Translations under genes and position numbers: made by a program | The notes under the pieces: model-generated | The model's database searches: none | What the model was told of the DNA's origin: nothing | Seen by the model: only the letters and a program-made list of their open reading frames with translations | Shown: positions 27,601 through 39,600 of the stretch, in pieces | Layout of the letters: every line of letters begins with the position of its first letter | How positions within the stretch are numbered: position 1 is the first letter of the stretch | Assembly (NCBI GenBank): GCA_964493515.1 | Contig: CAZBNJ010000001.1 | Span: 10,866-74,865, forward strand | Length of the DNA: 64,000 bases | Reading direction: 5' to 3' | From: an uncultured Oscillospiraceae bacterium | GTDB taxonomy: Bacteria > Bacillota > Clostridia > Oscillospirales > JAAYOS01

Positions 27601-30600
27601 CGTCAAACACAGGCTTGCTGCCCGCCGGCTGACCCGCCGCGTTCCAAGCCTCGAGTCTGCTGAGGTAGTCGCGGTACGCGGCTGCGTACACGCCGTAGCC
27701 CTCGGTGACCGGAGTGCCGTCGTCGTTCTTATCGCTGTACCAGAACTGGTACAGCGAGTTGCCGGCGTAGTCCGCGTTCTTTATCGGCTCCGCCCAGTTG
27801 TCGTATGCCTCCGGACCGTCGAGCACGACAAGCTCGACATAGCGCTCCTTGCCCACCGTCGCGGTCTCGATCACCTTCAGGTAGTCGCGTCCGCTGCGGT
27901 AGTTGCCCTGCTCGTCAACGGTCGGCGAGCCGGCGCGCAGCTCGACAACGAGCACATCGAACTCGTATCCGCCGAGGCTGTACTTGTCGTAGCGCTTCTC
28001 CACGCTCGCGTTTGCAAACAGACTCATGTCCGCCGCGTTGTTGAAGAAGGTGTTGTAGTCGTAGTCGTACTGGATCTCGGCGCTCGACTCGTACATCGAG
28101 AACGCGCTGAACGACGTGTCGAGGAAGTAGTTCTCGCCGCTTATCAGATAGAGCGGGCCCGCGTCGACACGGCGCTTTGCGGTGTCAAGGAAGACGTAAT
28201 CGCCGTCGTAGGTCGTGCCCTTCTTTCTGGTGCCCATGTCGACAAACTGTCCGTCGACAAGCGCGTAGCGGTGGGTCAGGTTGCCGTCCGGGAAGTACAG
28301 CTCGTTTCCGGTCGCCTTCTTGTAGACATCGGCGTACTTCGCGACGAAGGTGTTGACCGGCGTGCGCTTGCCGATGTAGAGGAAGGTGCCCAGCTTGAGG
28401 CGTCCATCTTCGCCGACGATGTAGTTCGGCGCTATCGTGATTTCGAGCGCGCTGTCGCCGACCAGCGTCGCGGTCTCGGTGTCTGCGTTGCCACCGTTTG
28501 CGAGCTGACCATCGCTGTTGCGTCCCGATGCCCACAGCAGTCCGTAGGTGTCGAGATAGAATATCTGGTTGAATCCGGCAAACAGGTCGATATAGTCGCG
28601 GCGTATCGTGTTGATACGGTCGACCGACTCGACATACTGGTAGTCGCGCAGCTGTCCGCCTCCGCCGACGCCGAACTCGCCGTACTCGTTGAGACCCCAG
28701 ACGTAAGCCGCTGCCTGAGCCGAGTCGAGACCGACGTTGTTCGGGCCGAGCGCGTAGGACGAGTACATACCCGCCGCTATCGCGGTTATGTCCTCAAGGT
28801 ACTCACCGGCCTGATACTGGCTTATCGTCGAGCCGACGCGCACCAGCTGCGGCACGAGATACTCGATCTTCGCGTTGCGCTGGATGTAGTCGTCCTCGTT
28901 CGCGTACAGACCCATCTGGCCGTGATAGTTGCCGAGGTTGACCGTGCGGCTGCCGTCGGGCAGCTCCTGAGTCGCCCTGGTCGTGCTCACCGTCCACACG
29001 CGTCCCTCGCTGTCGAGCGCGACGAGGTGGTACGCGCCGGCGGCTATCTGCGTGATGGTTATGCGCGCGTCCTCCGACGATGCGTCCTCACCGACCAGAG
29101 CCGAGTCGAAGAACTCGAGCACGCTGGACTGGTCGACCTCACGGCGGCTGACGTCTATCGGCATTACCGTTCCGTCGGTGGTGAGGATGAAGCTGCCGCT
29201 TATCTCGGCGACATTTATCTTGGACGCGCCGCTGGTGGCTATCTGGTACGCCACCGAGCTTGCGCCGGTCATGTAGATGTAGTCCTCGGCGCCCGCGACC
29301 TTCTCGCCGTCCGCGCCTATCTGGTTTGCCGCGACGAACGTGTAGGTGCGATAGTCCTCGCCGCCCACCGGCACGCTGCTGACCGAGATCTCGAACGCGC
29401 CGCTGGTGTACTCGCGCAGCGCCACGCCGTCCTCGTTGCGGATGACGGTCGGCTCAAACGCCGCCTGCTTTATCGTTCCGTCCGCGCTCACGATGTTGCG
29501 GCGCATCAGGGTCGGCGCGGCAACTCCGGTGCGGTCGATGCCGGCAACGCCGACACCCGGCATGGAGGCGTTCACGCTGCCGATGCCAAGCTGGTTCTCG
29601 TCGTTGCGGCCCCATGCGTACACGCGGCCAAGCTCGGTTATCGCATAGCTGACGTGCGAGCCGGCGGCTATCTTCTGGACCGGATCCGGGTCAATCCAGT
29701 CGGCGTCGAACACGAACTCGAAGTTGCCGCTGTACTTGTACCACGTCGAGTAGGAGGTGACGGCTATCGGGTTGTTCCTCTCGTCGGTGCCGTAGCCGAG
29801 GAACTTCTCGTTGCCCGGCGTGAAGTATCCAAGCTCTATCGCGCGCTCGACCATGTGCGGGAATATGACCTGGTTCATCACCTCGTTGTCGGTACGGCCA
29901 AGCTCGCCGTAGTCGCCGCGGCCCCAGCTCCAGACGGTGCCGTCGGCCTTCAGCGCGAGGGTGTGGGTCTGACCCGCCGCGACCATCGGGGTGGCGCGCG
30001 AGTTGGTGTCGGACAGGACGCGCACCGTTACGAACGCGGTCGCGGTCAGTCCGGGCACCGAGATCTCCACCATCGTCTGTCCGAGGCGGTTGCCGGTGAT
30101 GTAGTAGTCCTTGTCTATGGTGTGCTGCTGCGGAGCCTTCGGGTTGGACGGGTTGTAGGTGTAGTCCGCGTACTCGCCGTTCTTGGAATACTCGTCCAGC
30201 CACCATTCGACATAGCGGTTGGTGTCGTACTCCGCCCTCTGCTCGCCCGCCGGCAGATAGTCGGTCGCGTGTGCCGCGTTGAACGCCTCAAAGGCGCTGG
30301 TCGCCTTGCGGTCAGCGTTTCCAAGCTCAACGAGCTGTGCCACCGCGTCCGCGACCGTCAGGTCCTCGGTCATGGTCGCGGAAGCCGTCGCGATGTTTAT
30401 CGCATAGGTCCTGCTCACCGCGCCGTTCGCGAGCATCTCTGCGATGTCGTCTGCGAGGTCGAGGTTGAAGTTCGGATAGGTCGAGTTGAACTCGGCAAGG
30501 TCAGCCTCGGCGACTGCCTTCGCGTCGAGGTAGAGACCGTAGGTGATGTTCAGCTCTTCCTTGGACACCAGCTCGCCGCTCTGAGCGCCGGTGCGGTCGG

Positions 30601-33600
30601 AGATGTACCACTGCTCGTCTATCGAGGTGGGATTCTCCGGTGTTCCGTACTCGGCGAGGTGGTCGTCGATGTTCTGATCCGCCTCGGCAAGAGCCGCGAT
30701 GAGCGTGAGATAGCGGTAGTAGCCGCCTGCGGTCGCCGCGATCTGCTCCCACTGAGCGTCGCTGATGCTCGGCGTCCAGGTCCAGGTCTTGGCCTCCACC
30801 ATCAGATCCGCCGCCGACGAGCCTTCAAGTATCGGAGCGATGACGTCGTCGTACAGCTTGTAGTTGTGCGTCAGGCTGCCGCTGCTCGTCAGCCACGCGC
30901 CGTCGCCGCTCATGTAGCTTGCCAGAGCCTGAACGGCTGCCGTGTACTCGAGATACGCGGTGTAGCACGGATCGGACGAGCCGACGGCGATGACGTTGCC
31001 CATATCGTCGAAGTGGTTGTTGTGTCCGTTGAACTCCGCGGTGGTGTTGAAGTTCTCGAGCGCCTCGTCGACAGCCTCGGTAAGCTCAAGATACTTCGCG
31101 TATTTCGTCTCGTAGCCGAGGTCGTAGAGGTAGCCCTCGTAGGACTGCGTGGCGCGGGTCGCCATGTAGTCGTCAAGCGTCTGCTGCGCGGCGTTGACCG
31201 CTGCCTGGAGCGCCTGCTGCTGGGTCACCTGCTCCTGCGTTATCGGCGGAGTCAGCGAATCCTTGAAGTTCTGGAGCGTCTCCTTGGCAAGGGTCAGCGC
31301 ATCGCGGAGCGCGAGCAGCTTGCCGTAGTAGACGGCGGTCGCGGCTATCGTGTTCGCGTCGGCGATTCCGCCGAATATCGCGCCCGAGCCGGTGAACATC
31401 TGCTTTGCGTAGTCGTCGCGCGCCTCAACTGCCGCCTCGACAGCCGCCTTCAGGCGACCGAACTCGGCAACGAGCGCCTGGCTCGCCGCAGCTTCCTTCA
31501 TGCTGAACATCGGGTGGTCGTACTCGAGCATGACCTCTGTGCCCGAGCTGTCCGCCATGCCCTTGTACACGCTCACGATGGTGGACAGGCTTCTCGGCGT
31601 CCAGCGGTTCGCGGCGTCTCCGAGGTCGCGCAGCAGCAGGTTGATGCCTGCCTCGAAGTCGACCTTCAGCGGAACGTCGGGCGGGAATATCTGCTCGGAG
31701 ATGTTTATCGTCTGTCCCTTGCTTATCGTGATGATGCTCGGCTCGACCGAGACCTGCTGCTGACCGACCATGACCAGCTTGTTCGAGTTCTGGCGGCTGA
31801 CATTGCCGAGCTGGCCGTACTCGTTCTGACCGGCGCTCCACATATAGCCGTCTTCCTTGATGCTTATCAGGTGTCCGTCGCCGGCGTTGACGCCGATGAC
31901 GCTGGTCGTGCCGCCGAGGTCGGTCGACTTGTACACGACCTTCTGCGGGTTGGAGTAGGTGGACAGCGGACGCTCGTAGGTGTCGCCCAGCGCGAGCTTG
32001 CCGCCCTCGTTCGAGCCCCAGGTGTACAGGTTGTACACGACAGCCGGCGTGGTGTGTACCTCGTCGCTGTATTCGGTGTGAGTCTCGGTGGTGGTGACTA
32101 TCCTGCTGCCGTCGCTGTAAGTGCGCTCGGTGGTGGTGACGACCGTGCGCTCGGTCACCTCGGTGGTCCAGGTGTGTTCGGTCGCGACGCTCTGTCCGTC
32201 TATCTCCTCGTTTACGATATAGACCTTATTCTCGATGCGGCGCTCGAGCTTGTTGCCAAGCGCATCCACGCCAACTATCTCGGTTATCGTGTACTCAACG
32301 TTCTTGCGCTCGACGTCCACCACGCCCTCGGCTATCATCACGCTCGGCAGCGTGAACTTTCTGACCGTGGTCACGCGGTTCATGTCGACCCAGCCGCCGG
32401 TCTCGAGCTGGCGGTGTCCGGTGACGGTGGATATCGTCGTCTCCACCTCGACGTCGTCGAAGTACTGATAGGTCTTGGTCGCGCCGCTGCGATACTCGTT
32501 GCGCTCGTCAATGACCTTTATGGTGTTCTCGGTGGTCTTGGACGTCTCGACTATCGTGCCGACGCCGTTGTTCTGCGCGGGATCCTTTTTCAGCGCAGCC
32601 TCGCTGTCCGCGAACTCCGCAAACTCCGGAATATCCGCGCGCACGAAGCTTATCGCCGACACATCCGCCGGGTTGTTCTCGGTCACGTTGGACACGACCT
32701 TGCCCTCGCCGTCGGTGGTCACGACGTTGGTCGTACCGCCAAGGCCGTAGCTTCTGACCACGCTGTAATTGGCAACATCCTCGGTCTCCTTGGCTATCGC
32801 GGCGCTGAATCGGCTGCCCGCCGCGACGCTCACGACGTCGGTGAACGGCCTCATTATCGCCTTGCCCGCCGCGTCGACGTTTCCGCTTGCGCGGAGCACC
32901 GGCGACATTATCGACAGGTTGCCCGCCTCCTCGTTGGTGCCGAGCTGTCCGGAGTAGTTGTCGCCGAGCGCGTACAGAACCGTCTTGGCCTTTTCGCCGG
33001 TGTACATCGACTTGACGTCGTTCTTCAGGTTCTTCTTTATCATCAGGATGTGCTGGCTGTCGATGTCTATCATCTCGCCCGCAATGTACTGGCTCTCCAC
33101 CTGGTACACATCCGAGTGACCCGCTATCGCGACGATGTTCTGGTTGTTGGTCGAGTCGCCCTGCTTGCGGATGTCCGGGCTGGTAGCCGAGGTCGGGAGC
33201 TGCCAGACGGTGCCCGAGCCCTTGAGCGCGTAGCCGTGCGCAACTTCGATGGCGCGCTGCAGCAGGCTCAGCGGGGTCGGCGTCGAGCCGTAGCCGTCGG
33301 TCTGCTTGACTGTGTAGTCGGTGGTGTCCAGCTCGACCATGAAGTTCTCGCCCGCGCCAAACGCGTACACCGTGCCGAGCGAAGTGAGAACGTAGCTCGA
33401 ACGGTCGAGCGCGTAGATGCTGACCGCCTTGACGCCATCCTCGGCAACGCCGTCGCCCAGGGTCGCGACCAGAGTCGGTGTGCGTATCTCCTTGATGTGG
33501 TCGTACTCCTCGCCAAGTCCGAGCTGGCCGAACTCGTTGGAGCCCCAAGCCCAGACCGCGCCCATGTTGTCCAGCGCGAGAGCGTGGTTCGCACCCGCGG

Positions 33601-36600
33601 CTATCTTCACGATATAGCGGTCGCTCATGCCCTGCTGCGACGCGAACGCCGCGTTGAAGTCGATGGTCGTCGGGTTGGTGTTGTAGCGGCGAGTCGTGCC
33701 GTCGCCCAGCTTGCCGTAGTATGTCACGCCGTCCTCGCCTATCCACGAGTTCGATCCCCAGGCGATGACCTCACCCGCGATGTTGAGCGCGAGGGTAAAG
33801 CCGTCGCCCGCCGCGACCTGCGGCAGCGCCACGAACTTCTGCTGGATGTACTTGTTGCCCTCTTCGTCGCCCTCCTCAATCGTGCCGACGCGGTCCTTGC
33901 CGAGCACGTCGACTATCGCGACGCCGCTGCGCGAGATGTTGTTCTGGCCGTCGGACGGCTCGTAGGTCACGATTATGCGCGACGTGCCGAAGCTGTCCTC
34001 CGAATCGCCGGTCAGCTCTATCTTAACATCCGAATAGGTGGATATCTTGTTGCGCAGGTTGTCCTCGGTGTAGCTGACGGTCTCCTTGCGCTTGCCGCCG
34101 TCCATGATGCCGCTGAGGTGGAAGATGTCCTCATCCAGCGACTCATAGGTCAGCTCAAGCGTCTTTTCCTCGTCGACCTGCTTGTCGACCGAGAAGGAGT
34201 ACATATACTTTGCCACGAACGAGCTGGACTCGATGCCCTCATCGAACTCCTCGTAGCCGGTCTTTATCTTCTCCTGGAAGTTGTAGTTCTCGACCTCGGT
34301 GCGGACGGTCTGCTCAAGCTGTCCGAGCGAGTCGCGGATCTCCTCGGTGAACACCTCGAATATCGCGATGTGCTCCTCGTCCACGACGGTCGGACGGCTC
34401 TGCGAGACCTCGCGCTTGTACGCCGAGTTCGGGTTCGCCGCGTCTACGGTCTCGGAGATGTGTCCGCTGTGCTTCAGATACTCGAAGTTGCCCAGCTGAC
34501 CGTACTCGTTGTTGCCCCAGGTGTAGACAATACCGTTCGAGTCGAACGACGCCGAGTGGTTGCCGCCCGCCGCGACGCCCTGGAGGTAGACTCCGTCGTC
34601 GAGCAGCGACACGACCTCGGTTCCGCTGATGAAGCCGTTCTCGTCGTACACGTCGTACGCCGCCTCGAATATCTCGATCTTGTCCGCACGGGTGGTATCG
34701 GTGTTTCTGGTCGTACCGCCCTTGTAATACTCGTTCGAGCCCCAAGTCCAGACCTGATAGGTACGGCTTGCGACCTCGGCAAGTCCTCTGCGGTAGTCGT
34801 ACTCGACGTCCATCGTGACCGCGAGCACCTGGACCTTGCCGCCGACGTAGCCGCCTATCGAGATGGAGGTCACGCCCTGGAGCGCGCTCTGGTTCGAGCC
34901 GGCGTCGGCGCCGACCTGTACCTTGACCGGGCGTATCGCGAAGTTGTGCGCCATCAGCGCCTTCTCAAGCTCGCCGGTGTAGTTCTTGGTCTCCTCCTCA
35001 TAGGCACGGCTGCCAAGCTCCTGCACCCAGACGTCGGCAGCGAGCTGGCTGGAGCTGTTGTCGCCCCACATATAGGCTTCCTTGCCCTCGGTGATTATCG
35101 CGAAGTTGTAGCCGCGTCCGATTATGCGGTTGATGTTGTCGATGGATTCGCTCTCGATCGGGCGGTTCGAGCTGTCCACCGTCTCCGCCGAGTAGTCCAC
35201 CTGCACCCAGTCGCCGACGCTGTCCACGCCGATGCCCTCGGCAAGCAGATGATCGGCGAGCATGTTGTTCGGCATCAGACCCGCGCCGAGTTCGCCGTGG
35301 GTGTTGGAGCCGACCGTCCAGACCGTGCCGTCGGTGAGCAGCACCGCGGTGGTGCCGACGGTGGCGGCGATGTCCATGACGTTGGATATCTTGATGTCCG
35401 GGCTGAAGCCGTTCATCTCGGTCGGACGATAGAGCGGGTTGCCGTCCGGCGTGTTGGTGGAAGAGACCACCGTCGCTATCTTGCGCGCGTTGCTCTCGTA
35501 GATGTTCGATGCCTCGATCTTCTCCTCAACGGTTATCGGAGTCTTGGGCACCCAGTTGCCCTCAAAGTCGTACTCGCCGTAGAGGGCAAGCTCGCCGTAC
35601 TCGGACACATAGCCGCGTCCAAGCTGGCCATACTGGTTGTCGCCCCACGCAAACACGCGTCCGTCGCGGGTCAGTGCAAGCGAGTAGTTCGAGCCGGCTG
35701 CGACAGTTATGAAGTCGAGCGTCGTGCCGTTTGCGTCGCGGATGTCCAGACGCACCGGATAGCTGGAGCGCGGCAGCACGTTCGGGTCGTAGCCGAGCTG
35801 ACCGTAGGTGTTGTCGCCCCACGCGTACAGCTGACCGCGGTTGTCAACGCCGAGCATATGGTTGTCTCCCGCCGCTATCTGGATTATGTTCTTGAACTCG
35901 CGGAGCTGCGGCTTGCTTGCCAGCGGCGCGGAGTTGTAGTACGCAAGCTGTATCGGCGTGGTTATCAGCGTCTGCGCGCTGCCGAAGCCGAGCTTGCCCG
36001 CGATGACTCTGTCGTCGCCGCCGTACAGCGGATTGTCGTACTCGTCGCGATAGGTGTTGTCGCCCCACGCCCAGACGGTACCGTCCTTCTTCAGCGCGGT
36101 GGAGGTGTTCTTTCCGAGCGTCATCTGCGGATAGGTAACGCCGTCGGTGACTATAACACGGGTGGACAGGATAACGCCGGTGGCGGTGTTCTCCGCAAGT
36201 ATGCGGGTCTCGCCCTCGCGGACAGCCGTGATGACCGCTGCGGTCGAGTCCTGTCTATCCGGCGCGACTTCGACTATCGAGTCGTCCAGCGACTTCCAGG
36301 TGTAGTTGTTCGCGCTCTGCGTCTGACCGTAGACCATGAGCGGGTTGCCGTCGTCGTCTATCTTCAGACGGCGCTGGGTCACGGTCTGGAGGTTCATGGT
36401 AACGAGCGATTCGAGGTCCGGCTGTCCGCCGCCGACCACGACCGGGTAGGACGTGCTCTGCGTCTGACCGTTGCCAAGCTCGCCGTACAGGTTCGAGCCC
36501 CAGGCGTATGTGATGCCCGTCTCGGCGTGACCGACGATGTGGCTGCGATCGTTCGAGCCGCTCGACTGTCCGAGGCGCACCATGCCGGTGAGATAGTCGT

Positions 36601-39600
36601 TTCCGATGTATCCACGGTAGACGAGATCGGGTATCTCCTGCGTATTGCTGTTGGAGCGGTTGCCGAGTATGCCGCCCGCGTTCTCCGCCGACTGGTTCGT
36701 GCCGTTCGAGTAGATGTGGCCGTCCTCGGTTATCATGGCGGTGTAGTGGTCACCCGCCCAGACACTGACGACGTTCGAGTTGATGCCGCTCGCCTCGAAG
36801 GTGTGCGTCGAAACAAGTCCGGTGATGAACTTGGCGGCGGAATCTATCGTCTCCGCCTTCTCGCGCATGAGCATGAGCATCGCCTGGATGTTTATGCCCT
36901 GCGAGTTCTTCTCGTAGGTGCTTACAACCTCGGTGAAGGTCTCCTTCGCGGTGGTAGCGCTGTCGTACGCGTTCTTGAACAGTCCGTTCGTTATCGCCGC
37001 CTTGACCTCCTCAAGCTGCTTGGTGGTGTTCGACAGCGACACACCGTGGCTGTCGTACTTCGCCATAGCGCTGCTGGCGGCGTTCTTGATGCTTTCCACG
37101 TCCGCCTTCGCCTGCGCCAGATGTGCGGCGAGGTAGATGCCGTAGTCGTCCTGCGGCTTCTTGTTGGTCGTCTCCGGGTCGGTAACGGTCAGGTAGACGC
37201 CGGTGAGCAGCGTCGCGTCCTCAATGGCGCGCTTCGCCACACGGACAGCCTTTTCGGCGTCCGCGACATTCTTCTTTAGCTGCGCTATCGCTGCGTCGCT
37301 CGCGTCCTCATCCGCCTCGTCGAGTGCCTTCAGCGCAGCCTCGAGCGCACGGTTCGCGTTGGTCAGGTCAAGCGCCAGACCGCCCTTGCCGTCAACATTT
37401 GCGCCGTTTATCCTGCGGTTCTCCTCGTTATAGGCGTTCACCAGCGCGACGCGCAGATCCTCCGCCGCCGCCGTGACAAGCACGCCTTCCGCCTTCTGTG
37501 CATCCTCCGCGCGCTTGACCGCCGCCTGCTTGCCCGCCTGCGAGCAGAGCATATTCGCAATGGTGCCGAGCGGGTTCGCGGTCATCTCATAGCTGCCGTC
37601 GCTGGACGGGACAGCCTCGTAGTTGCCGACTATCGTGACGCTCGACGTGCTCGACGGATCGACGACCGCCATGTACAGCGGACTCCACGCGTCGTGCTTG
37701 GTCTTGTAATCCTGCTCGAGTGCCGCTATCGCGTCGGCGATCTCGGTGTCGGTGGTCGTGTCGGTCACGGTGATGCCGATGATGTTGCCGAGCGCGGTCT
37801 GCGCCGCAGCGACAACCGCCGCCAGCTTCGCAAGCTCGGTCTCGTCCTTGCTGTCTAGTCCGGCGTAGTCGGTGTATGCCTTCTGCGCGTCGGCAAGCGT
37901 GGTCTGCGCGGCAAGCGCCGACTGCCACTTGGAGTACGCGTTGTATGCCGCAAGACCCGGCTCGATGGTCGGCGTGAACTGCGCCATCAGCGCCGTCTGG
38001 TATACGGTGGTGGTGTTCGGGTTCTTGCCGTCGGCGGTGGAGACGGTGCCGTCCTTGTTCGGCAGTCCGACGCCCTCGACGGTGGAGACGGTCTCCGCAG
38101 ACACGCCGTAGAAGGTCTTGAAGCGGTTCTGCCACAGCGTCGCGGCATCCTGAAGCGCCTTCTGCGAGTTCAGCAGGGTGGTGAGTATCTGCGCGAACAG
38201 CTCGTCGGTGTCCTCGTTCGGCTTGCTGCCGTGCATCAGCTCATATTCCTCGATGTACTTGGTGTACTTGTCGAAGTTCTCCTTGTAGACCTCGCCCGCG
38301 CTGTACGCAGCCGCACCGAGCGCCGCGATGTCCGACGTCTCCTTCTTTATGCGGTTCTGCGCCGCTGCAAGTGCGGTACGCGCCGCGGCAAGCGTGTTCT
38401 GCGCGGTGGTCGACTGTCCGCTGACGCTGACATACCTGTCATACAGCGACTTGAGCGTGGCCTTGTCGCCCGCCGCGTTGTACGCGAAGGTCTGATTCTC
38501 GTTTGCTGCGCCCTCGGCGACCGGATACTCGCCAAGCAGCTTCTGCCAATTCGCGTAGTGCTGCTGTGCGCTGGCAAGCAGTCCGGGCACGGTGTCGCCG
38601 TACTCGTCGACGACAGTCTCGTCGATTATCTGGTGATAGTTGACCAGAACCTCGGCGCGCAGCCGTTCAAGCTCTTTTATCTTGTCCTCGAGCGTCTCCT
38701 GCGCGACCTCTATCCAGTCGGGCTGCAGCTCGAACGAGGTCACGACCTCAGCCACGGTCATCTGCTCGGCAATCGCGCTTCTGATGTCCGCCTCGGTCGC
38801 GGCTATCTCCGCCGCAGTGAGACCCTGCTTTACGGCGGCGTCGGCCTTCCACGCGTCCAGCATATCCTGGCTGAACTTGACCGGATCCCTTCCGTCCATG
38901 GTCACACTCATCAGCGTGCGCAGCTCGCTTGCGATGTCCGCTTCTGTCGGCGGCTCCTGCTTTATCTCGGTGCCGAACTTCGCGCCCTCGGCGCGCAGCT
39001 CCCTGTACAGGGCGTTGTCCGCCTTGCTCGACGTAGTAGACGCCGCCGGATCGTAGCCCGCGCCCATGACGCTCATTATCGTGGTGCGCCACTTGCTCGT
39101 CACGTCGCGCTCCCAGTTCGCCGCGATGTCATTACGGCCGTAAGCGTATGCGACCTCTGCGGCCTCGAACAGAGCAGTCTTCAGCTCGTTCGACGTCACA
39201 TACATCGTGTTATAGGTGCTTGCCGCAGTCGCCGCGTTGTAGTTGTTCTTCTCGAGCCAGTCGCTCACCGCGTTGCTTGCCGTGAGCATCTCGGTGTAAG
39301 TCTCATACGCCGCCTGGAACTCCGCGGGCGCGTCGTCGGCCTTCATCTTGTCAACGACGTTCTCGTTCCACGCCTTCTCCTTGGTCGCAAAGTTCGCCGC
39401 AGCGTCGGCATAGACGAGCTGCACTATCACCGAGTAGTCGGTGCCGTCCGGCTTCTTGCCCGTCTCGATGCCCGGGAACGCGGCCTTTATCTGGTCAAGC
39501 TCGCTCTTCGCGGCGTTGTACTCGTTCCAGTATCCGGTCGCAAGCTCCATCGCCAGAGTTATCTGCGACAGACTGATCTCCCACGCCTCCTGCGCGGTGG

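Noticed and set aside
32508-33746. 412-aa minus-strand ORF and the many 60-220-aa ORFs on both strands
   Set aside because: All listed minus ORFs are in the two phases other than the coding one (starts = 0 or 1 mod 3). Their translations are Arg/Pro/Ala/Gly-rich junk, typical of off-frame reading of GC-rich coding DNA. They lie entirely within the giant ORF.
3797-37279. 11,160-aa ORF on the plus strand, the largest entry in the supplied track
   Set aside because: It is the codon-aligned antisense of the real minus-strand frame. Its translation is Arg/Val/His/Leu/Asp-rich with no recognisable motif. Its first codon positions, not its third, carry the G/C bias. The opposite strand in the same triplets encodes canonical RCC1, Big_2 and cadherin-like sequence. 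It is open only because TCA/CTA/TTA are almost unused in the sense strand.
37280-38230. Gaps between the large plus ORFs (37280-38230, 41807-42289, 46106-46315, 47003-47080, 50261-51559) as possible intergenic or regulatory regions
   Set aside because: The minus-strand frame continues through all of them with normal protein sequence. The gaps only reflect the lack of an ATG/GTG/TTG in the antisense phase after a single antisense stop.
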